Shown: piece by piece, positions 37,846 to 47,021 of the stretch | How positions within the stretch are numbered: position 1 is the stretch's first letter | Layout: every line of letters starts with the position of its first letter | Assembly: GCA_964651655.1 (NCBI GenBank) | Contig: CAZYVS010000001.1 | Location: forward strand, 5,132-69,131 | Length of the DNA: 64,000 nucleotides | Direction of reading: 5' to 3' | Source: an uncultured Candidatus Saccharibacteria bacterium | Lineage (GTDB): Bacteria; Patescibacteriota; Minisyncoccia; Phycocordibacterales; Zambryskibacteraceae | The notes under the pieces: model-generated | What the model was told of the DNA's origin: nothing | Databases searched by the model: none | What the model saw: the letters and a program-made list of their open reading frames with translations, nothing else | Position numbers and translations under genes: made by a program

Positions 37846-37998
37846 TTTCTTTTTCCTTGGAGTTAATTCTGGATCTGGGCCAACGAGGTGCCGCCATTTG
37901 GGATTAAGATAACAAATCCCCATTACCACAAGGGCAAGAACACCTATAGCTAGTGCTGGTAAAACTACAACCGATAACAATTCCCTTAGAGTATCCAT
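37846..37998 (-). CDS. possible 50-aa membrane peptide (not in ORF track)
   Basis: Hand translation gives MDTLRELLSVVVLPALAIGVLALVVMGICYLNPKWRHLVGPDPELTPRKKKNF, with a single TM helix. Short and unsupported by other evidence. Confidence 0.2.
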
Positions 37999-38100
37999 AC
38001 TTGGAAATCCTCCTCTATCTGGTTCTTGTCGATTTACATTCTAATATCAATTTACGCTAATTTCTACAAGTAATCAAATCTATGTTTAATCAAAGAAAAA

Positions 38101-38128
38101 GGGGCGAGTCAAAAGTTCGACTCGCCCC
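38101..38128 (-). terminator. intrinsic terminator of ORF 38151..38804
   Basis: GGGGCGAGTC / GACTCGCCCC 10-bp perfect stem. On the minus strand it is followed by TTTTTCTTTG. Confidence 0.55.
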
Positions 38129-38150
38129 ATCTGGGGCTCGCAACGAGCAC

Positions 38151-38804
38151 TCAGTCTGCCAAGCGCGGTTCGTAGAGATTTCGCGCCTGAACGATCAAGT
38201 GCACTTGCTCGAGCTTGAGCGGAGAATGATCCGGTGCCTTAAGAACGCCCTCACCGAGCGTATGGTTGTCGCCGAAGATCCGAGCCCTCTCGGTGTAGAG
38301 ACCGTTGAGCTTGTGTCGCGTCCCGAACATCGGTTGGGACTTCACGTTCTTCGGCTCCTGCTTTGTACCGAGACAGAGCAAGCTTGCTTGTTGAATCTCG
38401 TCCCATGTATGCGGGATCGGAACAGCGAAGATGTCGCCCTGTCGTTTCGAGGCCACTCGGAAAGCTTGCTCGAATTTCGTGATGACCTCCGGCTTCAGCG
38501 CGGCGTAGAACGAATCGTCGCCTTCTCGCTGAAAAGCACGAAACGGCTCGTCTCGCAAACGGACCAGGAACGGACGTTCGTCGGTGCCTCCAAACCAGTA
38601 CTGCGTTTCGGACCCACCGCTTATGATACGGAGCAGAAACTGCTCGCCGTTCATGAGAGGGAAGAACTCCGACTCGGGGTTGTCTGGCAGAACGATGTCT
38701 GTACTTTCTCGGAAAGGCGGAGCGTGTGCACCCCCCTTGTAGCCGAACTGGAGCTTAGCCATTCCGGCTTTCTTCGGAACAGTTCTCATCTTGAAGAGTT
38801 TCAT
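38151..38804 (-). CDS. hypothetical protein (in GC-rich island)
   Basis: 217 aa. Local GC is clearly higher than the surroundings. No recognisable motif. The overlapping 370-aa plus-strand ORF is Arg-rich and looks like an antisense artefact. Confidence 0.45.
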   Translation of the reverse strand: MKLFKMRTVPKKAGMAKLQFGYKGGAHAPPFRESTDIVLPDNPESEFFPLMNGEQFLLRIISGGSETQYWFGGTDERPFLVRLRDEPFRAFQREGDDSFYAALKPEVITKFEQAFRVASKRQGDIFAVPIPHTWDEIQQASLLCLGTKQEPKNVKSQPMFGTRHKLNGLYTERARIFGDNHTLGEGVLKAPDHSPLKLEQVHLIVQARNLYEPRLAD

Positions 38805-38819
38805 CTCATGCCTCCTTTC

Positions 38820-39053
38820 TTAGGCGTGGAGTTGGGGAGCGATCGGGAAGAACAGTTTCGTCCTGCACGCAGGACAGAAGACATAATCACCCGGACCGCT
38901 CGGGTCGGTCTTGTAACAATGACTGCAAAAAGCAACACCGCACGAAGGACAGTTGTAGTCGCAATTCTGCTCTCCTACTTTCGCCCCACAATTAGGGCAA
39001 TCGCGAGGAGAAACAACAACCAGCTCTTTCTGCATCGGTTTCTCCTTTCTCAA
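38820..39053 (-). CDS. small zinc-ribbon protein (in GC-rich island)
   Basis: 77 aa. 'CPNCGAKVGEQNCDYNCPSCGVAFCSHCYKTDPSGPGDYVFCPACRTKL' has multiple CxxC pairs. Confidence 0.45.
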   Translation of the reverse strand: MRKEKPMQKELVVVSPRDCPNCGAKVGEQNCDYNCPSCGVAFCSHCYKTDPSGPGDYVFCPACRTKLFFPIAPQLHA

Positions 39054-39415
39054 AGGACTGTTTTACCGCAATTTTCTAATCGCAGAGCCTACCGGACACC
39101 ATGTCCGATATTGCCGCTTATCGTAGCATGTATTGGTTATGCAGTCAAGGTTCATCGCGTACACTTTTGGCGGGTTTTCGTTTATAAAAAATAATACCAA
39201 ATACTTGCGATCGCAAATAAATGGTAGGACCGGAGTCCCAAAAGACGATCTTTTGGGACATAAAATTTTGCTCTCAATAAATCAAATTTAACGACTACGT
39301 TATAATCTCACGACCGTGAATTAATAACGTATTAATTTATTACACAACTTAAAATCAGAAAAACTTTTTAATAATAAATTTGCAAATAGAAAGTTTCTGT
39401 AGTATCTGTTAAGCA

Positions 39416-41656
39416 ATGCGTTTACTTATAGTAGAGTCGCCGTCGAAGGCCAAGACTATCGAAAAATATCTTGGTAAAGATTTTCGCGTGGTGGCTTCTA
39501 TCGGTCATATCAGAGACCTTCCTAAATCAAATAGAGCCGCCATTGATATACCGGCCGGCTTCGTGCCGCATTACGAAGTGGTGAAAGGAAAGGAGAAAGT
39601 AATTTCCGAAATTAAATCACTGGTAAAAAAGGCCGACGAAGTCTTGCTTGCCACCGACCCAGACCGCGAGGGTGAGGCCATTGCCTGGCACGTAGAAGAA
39701 ACGGTTGGGCTCAAGAATCCAAAACGCGTTGTTTTTTACGAAATTACCAAAGAAGCCGTGGAGGAAGCTATTGAACACCCGAGAGAAATCGATACCAATT
39801 TGAGAGAAGCGCAAGAAGCCAGAAGAGTGCTGGATCGCCTAGTAGGCTACGATCTCTCTGGACTTATCTGGAAAAAAGTGCGTTACGGTCTGTCGGCCGG
39901 CAGAGTGCAATCCCCCGCCCTTAGAATTATCATGGAACGCGAAAGAGAAATTCGCGCGTTTGAGTCAATCACTTTCTGGAAAATTTTTGCAAATTTGGAA
40001 TCCAAAGTCAGACCTTTAAAAGATTCTCAAGGTCTGACCTTTGAATGTTCGGTTGAGCCTACAGACCAGAAAGAAGTGGAAAACATTCTTGAAGCAGGCA
40101 GAAATGGTTCGTGGCAAATAACAGATATTAAAGAAACGAAGGTGGCGCGCGCTCCGCGCGCGCCCTTCATCACCTCAACTCTGCAACAGGCGGCCAGCTC
40201 CCGACTTGGCCTCGCACCGTCTCGCACCATGTACTTTGCCCAAAGACTCTATGAAGCTGGACATATTACTTATATGCGCACAGATTCTACAAATCTTGGA
40301 GCAGCCGCGCGCAAGGAGGTTGAAGAATTGATAAAGAAAAAATACGGAGAAAGTTATTTTGAATCGCATGTTTTTACTAAAAAATCAAAAAACGCCCAAG
40401 AAGCCCACGAAGCCATCAGACCTACGCACATGAAAGTGGAAATGGCCGGAGTGAGCGACGGGGAGAAGAAACTCTACGGTTTAATCTGGCAAAGAACCAT
40501 ATCCAGCCAGATGAAATCAGCGGAAATTATGCGCACGAAGGTGGTGGCGAATATACAAGAAGTTGAGCTTCCACTTGGAAGCTCAACTTCCAAGCGAGAT
40601 TTAATACCTGATTTCTGGCTCAATGGTTCGCGCATCATCTTCGACGGCTGGCTTAAGGCGGACCGCCTATCGGCCGGCGAAGATATTGTCTTACCGAAAC
40701 TTGATATCGGCGAACCATTAAAACTGATAGACATGAATGTTGAGCAAAAAGAAACCCAACCGCCAGCCAGATACTCGGAAGCGGGTCTGGTTAAGGAACT
40801 TGAGAAACGCGGTATCGGTCGACCTTCCACTTATGCTTCTATTATCAAAACTTTGGATGATCGCGGATATGTAGAAAAAAGGGCTAAAGCGCTCTATCCA
40901 ACTGATACCGGCGAGGTAGTCAGCACTTTTCTCGAAGAACATTTTCCTACTTATATCAGCGACTCCTTCACCGCCGAAATGGAAGACGAATTGGATGATA
41001 TTGCCAACGGCGCACGTACCTATAGGAAAACCCTGTCAGACTTTTATACACCATTTCTAAAAGCGGTGGTAGAAAAAGAAAAAGTTCCAAAAGTCACCAA
41101 TCTTGGCCAGGCGCCAGAGGACTTGAAGTGTCCTGTCTGTGGAGCTAACATGATTATCAAGCTTGGCCGAGGCGGCAAGTTCCTGTCATGTGAAAAGTAT
41201 CCGGAGTGTCAGGGAGCCCGCACCATGGAAGGTAAAGAGCTTGAGGGGCCTAAAGATACCGGAGAAATCTGTCCAAAATGTGGCAAGGGAAATCTGACCA
41301 CTCGCGAGGGTAAGTTTGGAATGTTCACCACCTGTTCGCGTTTTCCAAAATGCAAATTTGTTAAAAAGGATAAAGAACAAGAAAAGGCGAACTCCACCGG
41401 AGTAGAATGTCCGATTTGTAAAAATGCCCTGCCTGCCGGCAGGCAGGGCTTCATATCGGAAAGACGCGGACGGTTCGGAGTTTTCTACAGCTGTTCAAAT
41501 TATCCCGATTGCAAATATGCCATCAAGGCCAAGCCCACCGGGGAAGTTTGTAAACTCTGCGATAGTTTAATGATGGAAGGCACTAAAACTATTCCAGAAA
41601 GATGCTCAAATAAAAAATGCCCAAATCACAATCCGCACAAAACCAGCCAGATGTAA
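39416..41656 (+). CDS. topA: DNA topoisomerase I
   Basis: TOPRIM 'MRLLIVESPSKAKTIEKYLG'. Active-site region 'GHITYMRTDS'. C-terminal tandem C4 zinc ribbons ('CPVCGANM...CEKYPEC', 'CPKCGKGNL...CSRFPKC', 'CPICKN...CSNYPDC'). Contains an in-frame 32-nt perfect palindrome. Confidence 0.9.
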   Translation: MRLLIVESPSKAKTIEKYLGKDFRVVASIGHIRDLPKSNRAAIDIPAGFVPHYEVVKGKEKVISEIKSLVKKADEVLLATDPDREGEAIAWHVEETVGLKNPKRVVFYEITKEAVEEAIEHPREIDTNLREAQEARRVLDRLVGYDLSGLIWKKVRYGLSAGRVQSPALRIIMEREREIRAFESITFWKIFANLESKVRPLKDSQGLTFECSVEPTDQKEVENILEAGRNGSWQITDIKETKVARAPRAPFITSTLQQAASSRLGLAPSRTMYFAQRLYEAGHITYMRTDSTNLGAAARKEVEELIKKKYGESYFESHVFTKKSKNAQEAHEAIRPTHMKVEMAGVSDGEKKLYGLIWQRTISSQMKSAEIMRTKVVANIQEVELPLGSSTSKRDLIPDFWLNGSRIIFDGWLKADRLSAGEDIVLPKLDIGEPLKLIDMNVEQKETQPPARYSEAGLVKELEKRGIGRPSTYASIIKTLDDRGYVEKRAKALYPTDTGEVVSTFLEEHFPTYISDSFTAEMEDELDDIANGARTYRKTLSDFYTPFLKAVVEKEKVPKVTNLGQAPEDLKCPVCGANMIIKLGRGGKFLSCEKYPECQGARTMEGKELEGPKDTGEICPKCGKGNLTTREGKFGMFTTCSRFPKCKFVKKDKEQEKANSTGVECPICKNALPAGRQGFISERRGRFGVFYSCSNYPDCKYAIKAKPTGEVCKLCDSLMMEGTKTIPERCSNKKCPNHNPHKTSQM
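40559..40594. repeat. perfect 15+15-bp palindrome (GAAGTTGAGCTTCCA-CT-TGGAAGCTCAACTTC), extended by CAAG to complete an overlapping CTTGGAAG/CTTCCAAG hairpin, inside topA in frame
   Basis: Encodes 'EVELPLGSSTSK'. A related core CACTTGGAAGCTCAAC(C/T)TCCAAG recurs inside miaA (47481..47503), which also encodes 'PLGSSTSK'. Confidence 0.6.
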
Positions 41657-43161
41657 ACATCCTCGACAAAATCGTGAGAAGCATGTCGGGTTCTTCCGCC
41701 GAGGAGATAGCAATGGTAAAGAAAGCTTTTGCCTTCGTCGAGCGGGCGCACCTTGAACACAAAAGACTTTCGGGTGAACCGTATCTCAAACATTTATCGG
41801 AAACGGCCCAAATCTTGACGGATCTGGGAGCGGGAGGAGCCACGATAGCGGCCGGATTACTCCACGATACCATCGAGGACGTCGGTATAAAAAGAGAAGA
41901 AATCGTCAAAGAATTTGGGGAAGAAATTGCTTTTCTCGTCGAAGGCGTAACCAAACTCGGACATCTCAAGTACAGGGGCATCGATCGTCACAACGAGAGT
42001 CTGCGAAAACTTTTCGTCGCCATGTCGGAGGACATCAGGGTGCTTCTTATTAAACTTGCAGACCGCCTGCACAACATGAGAACGCTCTCTTATGTGCCAA
42101 AAGATAAACAAAGACGAATAGCGGCTGAAACGCTTGAAATTTATGCGCCTATCGCCTACCGGTTAGGCATTAGGAAAATTAATCGCGAACTTGAGGACCT
42201 TTCTTTCCCCTATGTTTATCCCAAGGCCTATGAAGAAATGACGAAGGCGCTCAAAGAGCGGCATCAAGATAGAATTGAAAGTTTAGAGAAATTCTCCCAC
42301 TCTGTTATCAAAACACTCGTGAAAGAAGGACTGACTACGGCTAAGACAGAGTATCGAGTGAAGGGTCTTTATAGTCTCTACAAAAAATATCTTAGGTATG
42401 ACAAAGACTTGGAAAAAATTTACGATGTTAATGCCATACGCATTATGGTAGATTCCGTTGCCGATTGTTATCAAGCGCTGGGAGCCATACACGGACGTTG
42501 GAGACCCCTGCCTCATCGCATTAAAGATTATATCGCTTTCCCAAAACCGAACGGCTATCAAGCTCTGCATACGACCGTCTTTGTCGGCGATGGCAATATT
42601 GTGGAAGTTCAAATCAAGACCCACGAAATGTACCGGTATTCCGAATACGGTGTGGCTTCCCACCTTTTGTACAAAGCAGACAAGCAGGGCAAAAAAATTT
42701 TGGATTGGATATACGCTCTCTTGCCCAAACTAAGAAGAACCGGCAACCCAAGCGCTCTTCAGGAAAAAGATGTGCCCAAATGGATTTCGGAATTGGCATC
42801 ATACCGAGGACCGGCAAAAAATCAACGCCTCTTCCGCGAACGATTGGCCAGCGATTTTTTCAATTATCGCATATTTGTTTTTTCGCCCAAGGGCGACGTG
42901 GTAGACCTGCCGATCGGCTCAACACCCATTGACTTCGCCTATTCGATACACTCCAATATCGGCGACCACATGACAGGCGCTAAGGTCAATGGCAAATTAG
43001 TCGCGCTAGATACGGAGCTTCACAACGGAGATATTGTCTTTATCATGACAAGCGAAACCGCCAAGCCCAATCGCAAATGGCTCGATATGACCAAAACCTC
43101 AATGGCGCGCCGCCATATCCGTCGCGAACTTATCAAGCTAAGAGAATCGGAAAACTCTTAA
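41617..43161 (+). CDS. rel: bifunctional (p)ppGpp synthetase/hydrolase, RelA/SpoT family (short, no ACT domain)
   Basis: HD domain 'HLEHKRLSGEPYLKHLSETAQIL...GLLHDTIEDV'. Synthetase 'GLYSLYKKY...NAIRIMVDSVADCYQALGAIHGRWRP...DYIAFPKPNGYQALHTTV'. TGS 'GDVVDLPIGSTPIDFAYSIHSNIG'. The start may be an internal Met, since 41617 overlaps the topA end. Confidence 0.85.
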   Translation: MPKSQSAQNQPDVNILDKIVRSMSGSSAEEIAMVKKAFAFVERAHLEHKRLSGEPYLKHLSETAQILTDLGAGGATIAAGLLHDTIEDVGIKREEIVKEFGEEIAFLVEGVTKLGHLKYRGIDRHNESLRKLFVAMSEDIRVLLIKLADRLHNMRTLSYVPKDKQRRIAAETLEIYAPIAYRLGIRKINRELEDLSFPYVYPKAYEEMTKALKERHQDRIESLEKFSHSVIKTLVKEGLTTAKTEYRVKGLYSLYKKYLRYDKDLEKIYDVNAIRIMVDSVADCYQALGAIHGRWRPLPHRIKDYIAFPKPNGYQALHTTVFVGDGNIVEVQIKTHEMYRYSEYGVASHLLYKADKQGKKILDWIYALLPKLRRTGNPSALQEKDVPKWISELASYRGPAKNQRLFRERLASDFFNYRIFVFSPKGDVVDLPIGSTPIDFAYSIHSNIGDHMTGAKVNGKLVALDTELHNGDIVFIMTSETAKPNRKWLDMTKTSMARRHIRRELIKLRESENS

Positions 43162-44084
43162 AGGCTAAAATTGGCGACCGAATAGAGAGATTCGTCGTCT
43201 CCGCTACCAGTCAGAGACGGCGCCTCCGCTGTCGAAAAGTTTTGTTCCGGTTGATTCTTGATTTTCTCGTCAGAAATAATTCTATCCAACAAGGCGCGCA
43301 GATCGTCTTTGTTGAAGAAATCAATCGTCACCCGGCCGCCTTCTTCCTTTTTTTCTATCCGCACCCGAGTGCCAAGTTTTTCTTTGAATTGATCTTCAAT
43401 GTCTATCAGTTCCTGGTCAATAAGTTTGCGAGCGCGCTCCACCGCAATATGGCGAGCAATACCTTCGGCTTCCCTGACATTGAGTTTTTTAAAAATAATT
43501 TCTTTGAAAAGAGTCTCCTGCTCCTGCGGTCGGTCTATCAGCATCATCAGCGGACGGGTGTGGCCTTCGGTAATCTTGTTTTCCGAGAGCGCATTAATAA
43601 TGTAATCCGGAAGCGTAAGAATGCGCAAAGAATTTGAAACATATTCGCGGCTCTTGCCGACTTTCTTGCCTATCTCATGGTGTTTGAAATTAAATTCTTT
43701 TACCAATCGATCAAAGGCTCGCGCCCGGTCCACCGGACTAAGATCCTCGCGTTGGATATTCTCGATGATAGCGAGCTCAAGTTTCATCAAATCCGTTTCT
43801 TCACCGGTGCGGATAAGTACCGGCACTTGCGCGAGACCGGCTAGGCGAGCGGCGCGAAGGCGCCGCTCGCCGGCTACCAATTCGTACTCTACGCCGATAC
43901 CGCCGTCTTCTTTTATTATTTCATTACGCGTCACGACCAGAGCCTGAAGCACGCCATATTGGCGAATTGAATCCGCGAGACTTCTTAATTGAACCTCGTC
44001 AAATCCGCGGCGCGGTTGAAATGGGTTTGGTTTGATTTTATCCACCTCTATCCAGAAAATGGAATCGTTATAGAATCGTGACAT
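43158..44084 (-). CDS. parB: ParB/Spo0J-family partition protein
   Basis: 'KPNPFQPRRGFDEVQLRSLADSIRQYGVLQALVV' is the ParB N-terminal CTPase/nuclease-like box. 'GLAQVPVL' follows. HTH region present. Confidence 0.8.
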   Translation of the reverse strand: MSRFYNDSIFWIEVDKIKPNPFQPRRGFDEVQLRSLADSIRQYGVLQALVVTRNEIIKEDGGIGVEYELVAGERRLRAARLAGLAQVPVLIRTGEETDLMKLELAIIENIQREDLSPVDRARAFDRLVKEFNFKHHEIGKKVGKSREYVSNSLRILTLPDYIINALSENKITEGHTRPLMMLIDRPQEQETLFKEIIFKKLNVREAEGIARHIAVERARKLIDQELIDIEDQFKEKLGTRVRIEKKEEGGRVTIDFFNKDDLRALLDRIISDEKIKNQPEQNFSTAEAPSLTGSGDDESLYSVANFSL

Positions 44085-44191
44085 GAAGTTATTATAACCT
44101 ACAACTCACAACCTACAACAAACAACGGATTAGATTGTCTAAGCTTAAATTCTATTGTATGTTGTAAGTCGTTGGTTGTTAGTTAATATTT

Positions 44192-44276
44192 GCCGGGATG
44201 GCGGAATTGGTAGACGCACACGACTCAAAATCGTGCGGAGCAATCCATGAGAGTTCAATTCTCTCTCCCGGCACCA
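44192..44276 (+). tRNA. tRNA-Leu (anticodon CAA)
   Basis: Type II tRNA. Acceptor GCCGGGA/TCCCGGC plus A-CCA. Anticodon stem CACGA/TCGTG with loop CTCAAAA. Long variable arm. T-stem GAGAG/CTCTC with loop TTCAATT. Confidence 0.8.
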
Positions 44277-44297
44277 AAAATATGTATAATTAGATGA

Positions 44298-47021
44298 ATG
44301 GGTTCTGCAACAGAAATTGCGTGGCACACAAAACCGGTCTCAAAAGTTTTAGAGATATTAAAATCGAGTGAACACGGACTCTCAAGCATTGAGGTAAAAC
44401 ATAGGCTTGAAGAGAATGGGCCAAATGTTTTGCCGGAGTCAAGGCCGGATAATGTTGCTCTTATCTTTCTGCGGCAATTTCAGAGTCCATTAATTTATAT
44501 TCTCCTGGCCGCAGCTTTGGCGGTATTTTTTATAGGAGAGAAAACCGATGGTATTGTTATTATCACAGTTCTCATTTTGAATGCCGTTGTCGGCTCTATT
44601 CAAGAAGGTCGGGCCAGAAATACTCTCCTGGCCTTAAAGCAATACGTGGAAACAAAGGCGGTAGTTTTGCGGGACGACAAAGAAATTATTATTGCCGATT
44701 CGCAGGTGGTGGTAGGAGACATTATCTTACTCCAAGGAGGCGAAAAAATAGCGGCCGATGCAAGAATCATATCCGCACAAAATCTCAAGATTGACGAATC
44801 TTCTCTTACCGGAGAATCAGGGGCGGTGCATAAAACGTCTGACACCTTGGATAATCCAAATCTGACTGCGCAAGAAGAACGCAACATGCTATTCAAAGGC
44901 ACTCACGTGGTCGCCGGCAATGGCAAGGCCATAGTGGTAAGAACCGGGGTGGAAACAATTATCGGTAAAATAGCCAAGGAAGTATCTTTAATTGAGAAAG
45001 AGATCCCGCTTAAAACCAACATTCGCAACCTCTCAAGAATAATTATTCTAATTACGGTGGGTGTCAGCGCTCTTTTATTTATCGTCGGTATTATCTCCGG
45101 CAAATCTATAATTGAGATGCTTGTCTTTGTTATTTCAATTTCGGTTTCCATCATTCCAGAGGGCCTGCCAGTTGCTATTACCGTCATATTGGCCACCGGA
45201 GTTTGGAGGATGAGTAAGAGAAACGCCCTAATTAAACGTCTGCAAGCGGTAGAAGCGCTCGGACAAGCAAAAGTCATCGCAGTCGATAAGACGGGAACCA
45301 TTACCAAAAATGAAATGGTGGTTCAAACCATTCATGTGGACGGTCAGATGTTTGAGATTGACGGAGTCGGATATGAACCGAAGGGTGATATAAGAATCAA
45401 CAAACAAATTATAAATCCGCCCAATCACCCGGAACTTCTACTTTGTGGTAAAATCGCCGCTCTCTCGGCCAGCGCCAGAGTCATGCTTCAAGAAAAAACT
45501 ACGGAATGGAAAATCTCCGGCGACCCAACGGAAGCGGCCATGGTGGTGCTCGCCAGAAAGTTGGGTTTCAATAGAGATGATCTGGAACACGAATCACCGC
45601 TCATGGCAGAGATACCTTTCGACTACAACACTAAATATCATGCGACTCTACATAAAGATAAGGAAACAAATTTCTTAGCAGTAGCCGGCGCGCCCGAAGT
45701 AATTTTAGAAAATTCAAATAAAATTTGGCAAGATAACAAAGAAATAGGCCTCTCTCCCGAACGCAAAGAAGAATTGATATCTATATTCTTCGACATTTCA
45801 AGAAGAGGGCTTAGAGTTCTGGCACTGGCTTCAAGTTCGCGCGGCTCTGACGATTTAAATCAGGAAGATGTAATGAATCTGACCTTTACCGGATTCTGCG
45901 GTCTCAAGGATGCCTTGCGTCTCGAAGTTAAGGAAGCCACCAAACGCGCCATAGCGGCCGGCATGAGAGTGGTGATGATCACCGGCGACCATCAAACCAC
46001 GGCAGAAGCCATAGCCAAGGAAGCGGGTATTTATAAAACCGGTGATACCAGCCTGACCGGTGTTGAGATAGATAAATTTTCGGACGGCGTGCTTAAAGAA
46101 TACTTGACCAAGACTTCGGTATTTGCCAGAGTCACACCGGAACACAAACTCCGCATTATCAATGCTTATAAAGCCAGAGGAGAAATTATTGCTATGACCG
46201 GCGACGGAGTAAATGACGCGCCATCTCTGGTGGCGGCAGATCTTGGAGTGGCAATGGGTAAGATTGGTACAGAAGTGGCTAAGGAAGCTTCTGATATTGT
46301 CCTCTTGGATGATAATTTCGGCAGTATCGTTTCGGCAATAGAGGAAGGCAGAAACATTTACAAAACAATCACAAAAGTAGTTCTTTATCTTCTGTCTACC
46401 AGTCTGGGTGAACTGCTGGTGATTACGGGAGCCATTTTTGTAGGTCTGCCCTTACCACTTTTACCGGCACAGATCATATGGTTAAACTTCGTCACGGACG
46501 GATTCTTCACTGTCGCTCTTGCCATGGAGCCGAAGGAGCACGGCTTGTTGAGCAAAACATTTAAGAAGCCGGGGAGATATCTGGTGGATACTTTGATGGG
46601 GCAGAGAATATTGCTTATGGCGTTACCAATGCTTGTGATAACTCTTGTGTTGTTTCAAAATTATTTTGAAACAGATTTGGCCAAGGCGTGGACAATCTCT
46701 CTCACTGTCCTCGCCGTCTTTCAATGGTTTAATGCTTGGAATTGCCGTTCCGAAAATAAGTCAATCTTTCAGGCAAATATTTTCGAAAACAGATTTATGG
46801 CGGGCGCTACCTTGGCGGCTTTATCGTTCCAGATACTCGCCGTCTATAATCCCTTGTTCCAAAGATTTTTGCATACCGTACCACTTGCTCTTTCCGATTG
46901 GTTGGTTATTATTGCCCTGGCAACTTCTATTATCTGGGTAGAAGAAGTTAGAAAATTTTTATGGCGCAACAAAAAATCCTCGTTATCGTTGGTCCCACCG
47001 CTTCAGGTAAGTCAAGCCTAG
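44298..47021 (+). CDS. cation-transporting P-type ATPase (type IIA/IIB-like)
   Basis: 'DKTGTITKN' phosphorylation motif. 'MITGDHQTTAEAIA' and 'MTGDGVNDAPSLVAADLGVAMG' hinge motifs. Ten TM helices. 907 aa. Confidence 0.85.
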   Translation: MGSATEIAWHTKPVSKVLEILKSSEHGLSSIEVKHRLEENGPNVLPESRPDNVALIFLRQFQSPLIYILLAAALAVFFIGEKTDGIVIITVLILNAVVGSIQEGRARNTLLALKQYVETKAVVLRDDKEIIIADSQVVVGDIILLQGGEKIAADARIISAQNLKIDESSLTGESGAVHKTSDTLDNPNLTAQEERNMLFKGTHVVAGNGKAIVVRTGVETIIGKIAKEVSLIEKEIPLKTNIRNLSRIIILITVGVSALLFIVGIISGKSIIEMLVFVISISVSIIPEGLPVAITVILATGVWRMSKRNALIKRLQAVEALGQAKVIAVDKTGTITKNEMVVQTIHVDGQMFEIDGVGYEPKGDIRINKQIINPPNHPELLLCGKIAALSASARVMLQEKTTEWKISGDPTEAAMVVLARKLGFNRDDLEHESPLMAEIPFDYNTKYHATLHKDKETNFLAVAGAPEVILENSNKIWQDNKEIGLSPERKEELISIFFDISRRGLRVLALASSSRGSDDLNQEDVMNLTFTGFCGLKDALRLEVKEATKRAIAAGMRVVMITGDHQTTAEAIAKEAGIYKTGDTSLTGVEIDKFSDGVLKEYLTKTSVFARVTPEHKLRIINAYKARGEIIAMTGDGVNDAPSLVAADLGVAMGKIGTEVAKEASDIVLLDDNFGSIVSAIEEGRNIYKTITKVVLYLLSTSLGELLVITGAIFVGLPLPLLPAQIIWLNFVTDGFFTVALAMEPKEHGLLSKTFKKPGRYLVDTLMGQRILLMALPMLVITLVLFQNYFETDLAKAWTISLTVLAVFQWFNAWNCRSENKSIFQANIFENRFMAGATLAALSFQILAVYNPLFQRFLHTVPLALSDWLVIIALATSIIWVEEVRKFLWRNKKSSLSLVPPLQVSQA

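Noticed and set aside
38082-39194. 370-aa plus-strand ORF spanning the GC-rich island
   Set aside because: It is extremely Arg, Leu and Ser-rich with no motifs. It lies antisense to two well-formed minus-strand genes that have an SD and a terminator. This is the typical shadow ORF of GC-rich coding DNA.
39228-39252. Hairpin GTCCCAAAAG-ACGAT-CTTTTGGGAC upstream of topA, with the same 10-bp-stem/5-nt-loop architecture as the REP family
   Set aside because: The stem sequence is unrelated to the TGTGCAAAG family and occurs once. It is probably a terminator or attenuator for the upstream unit. It is kept only as a note.
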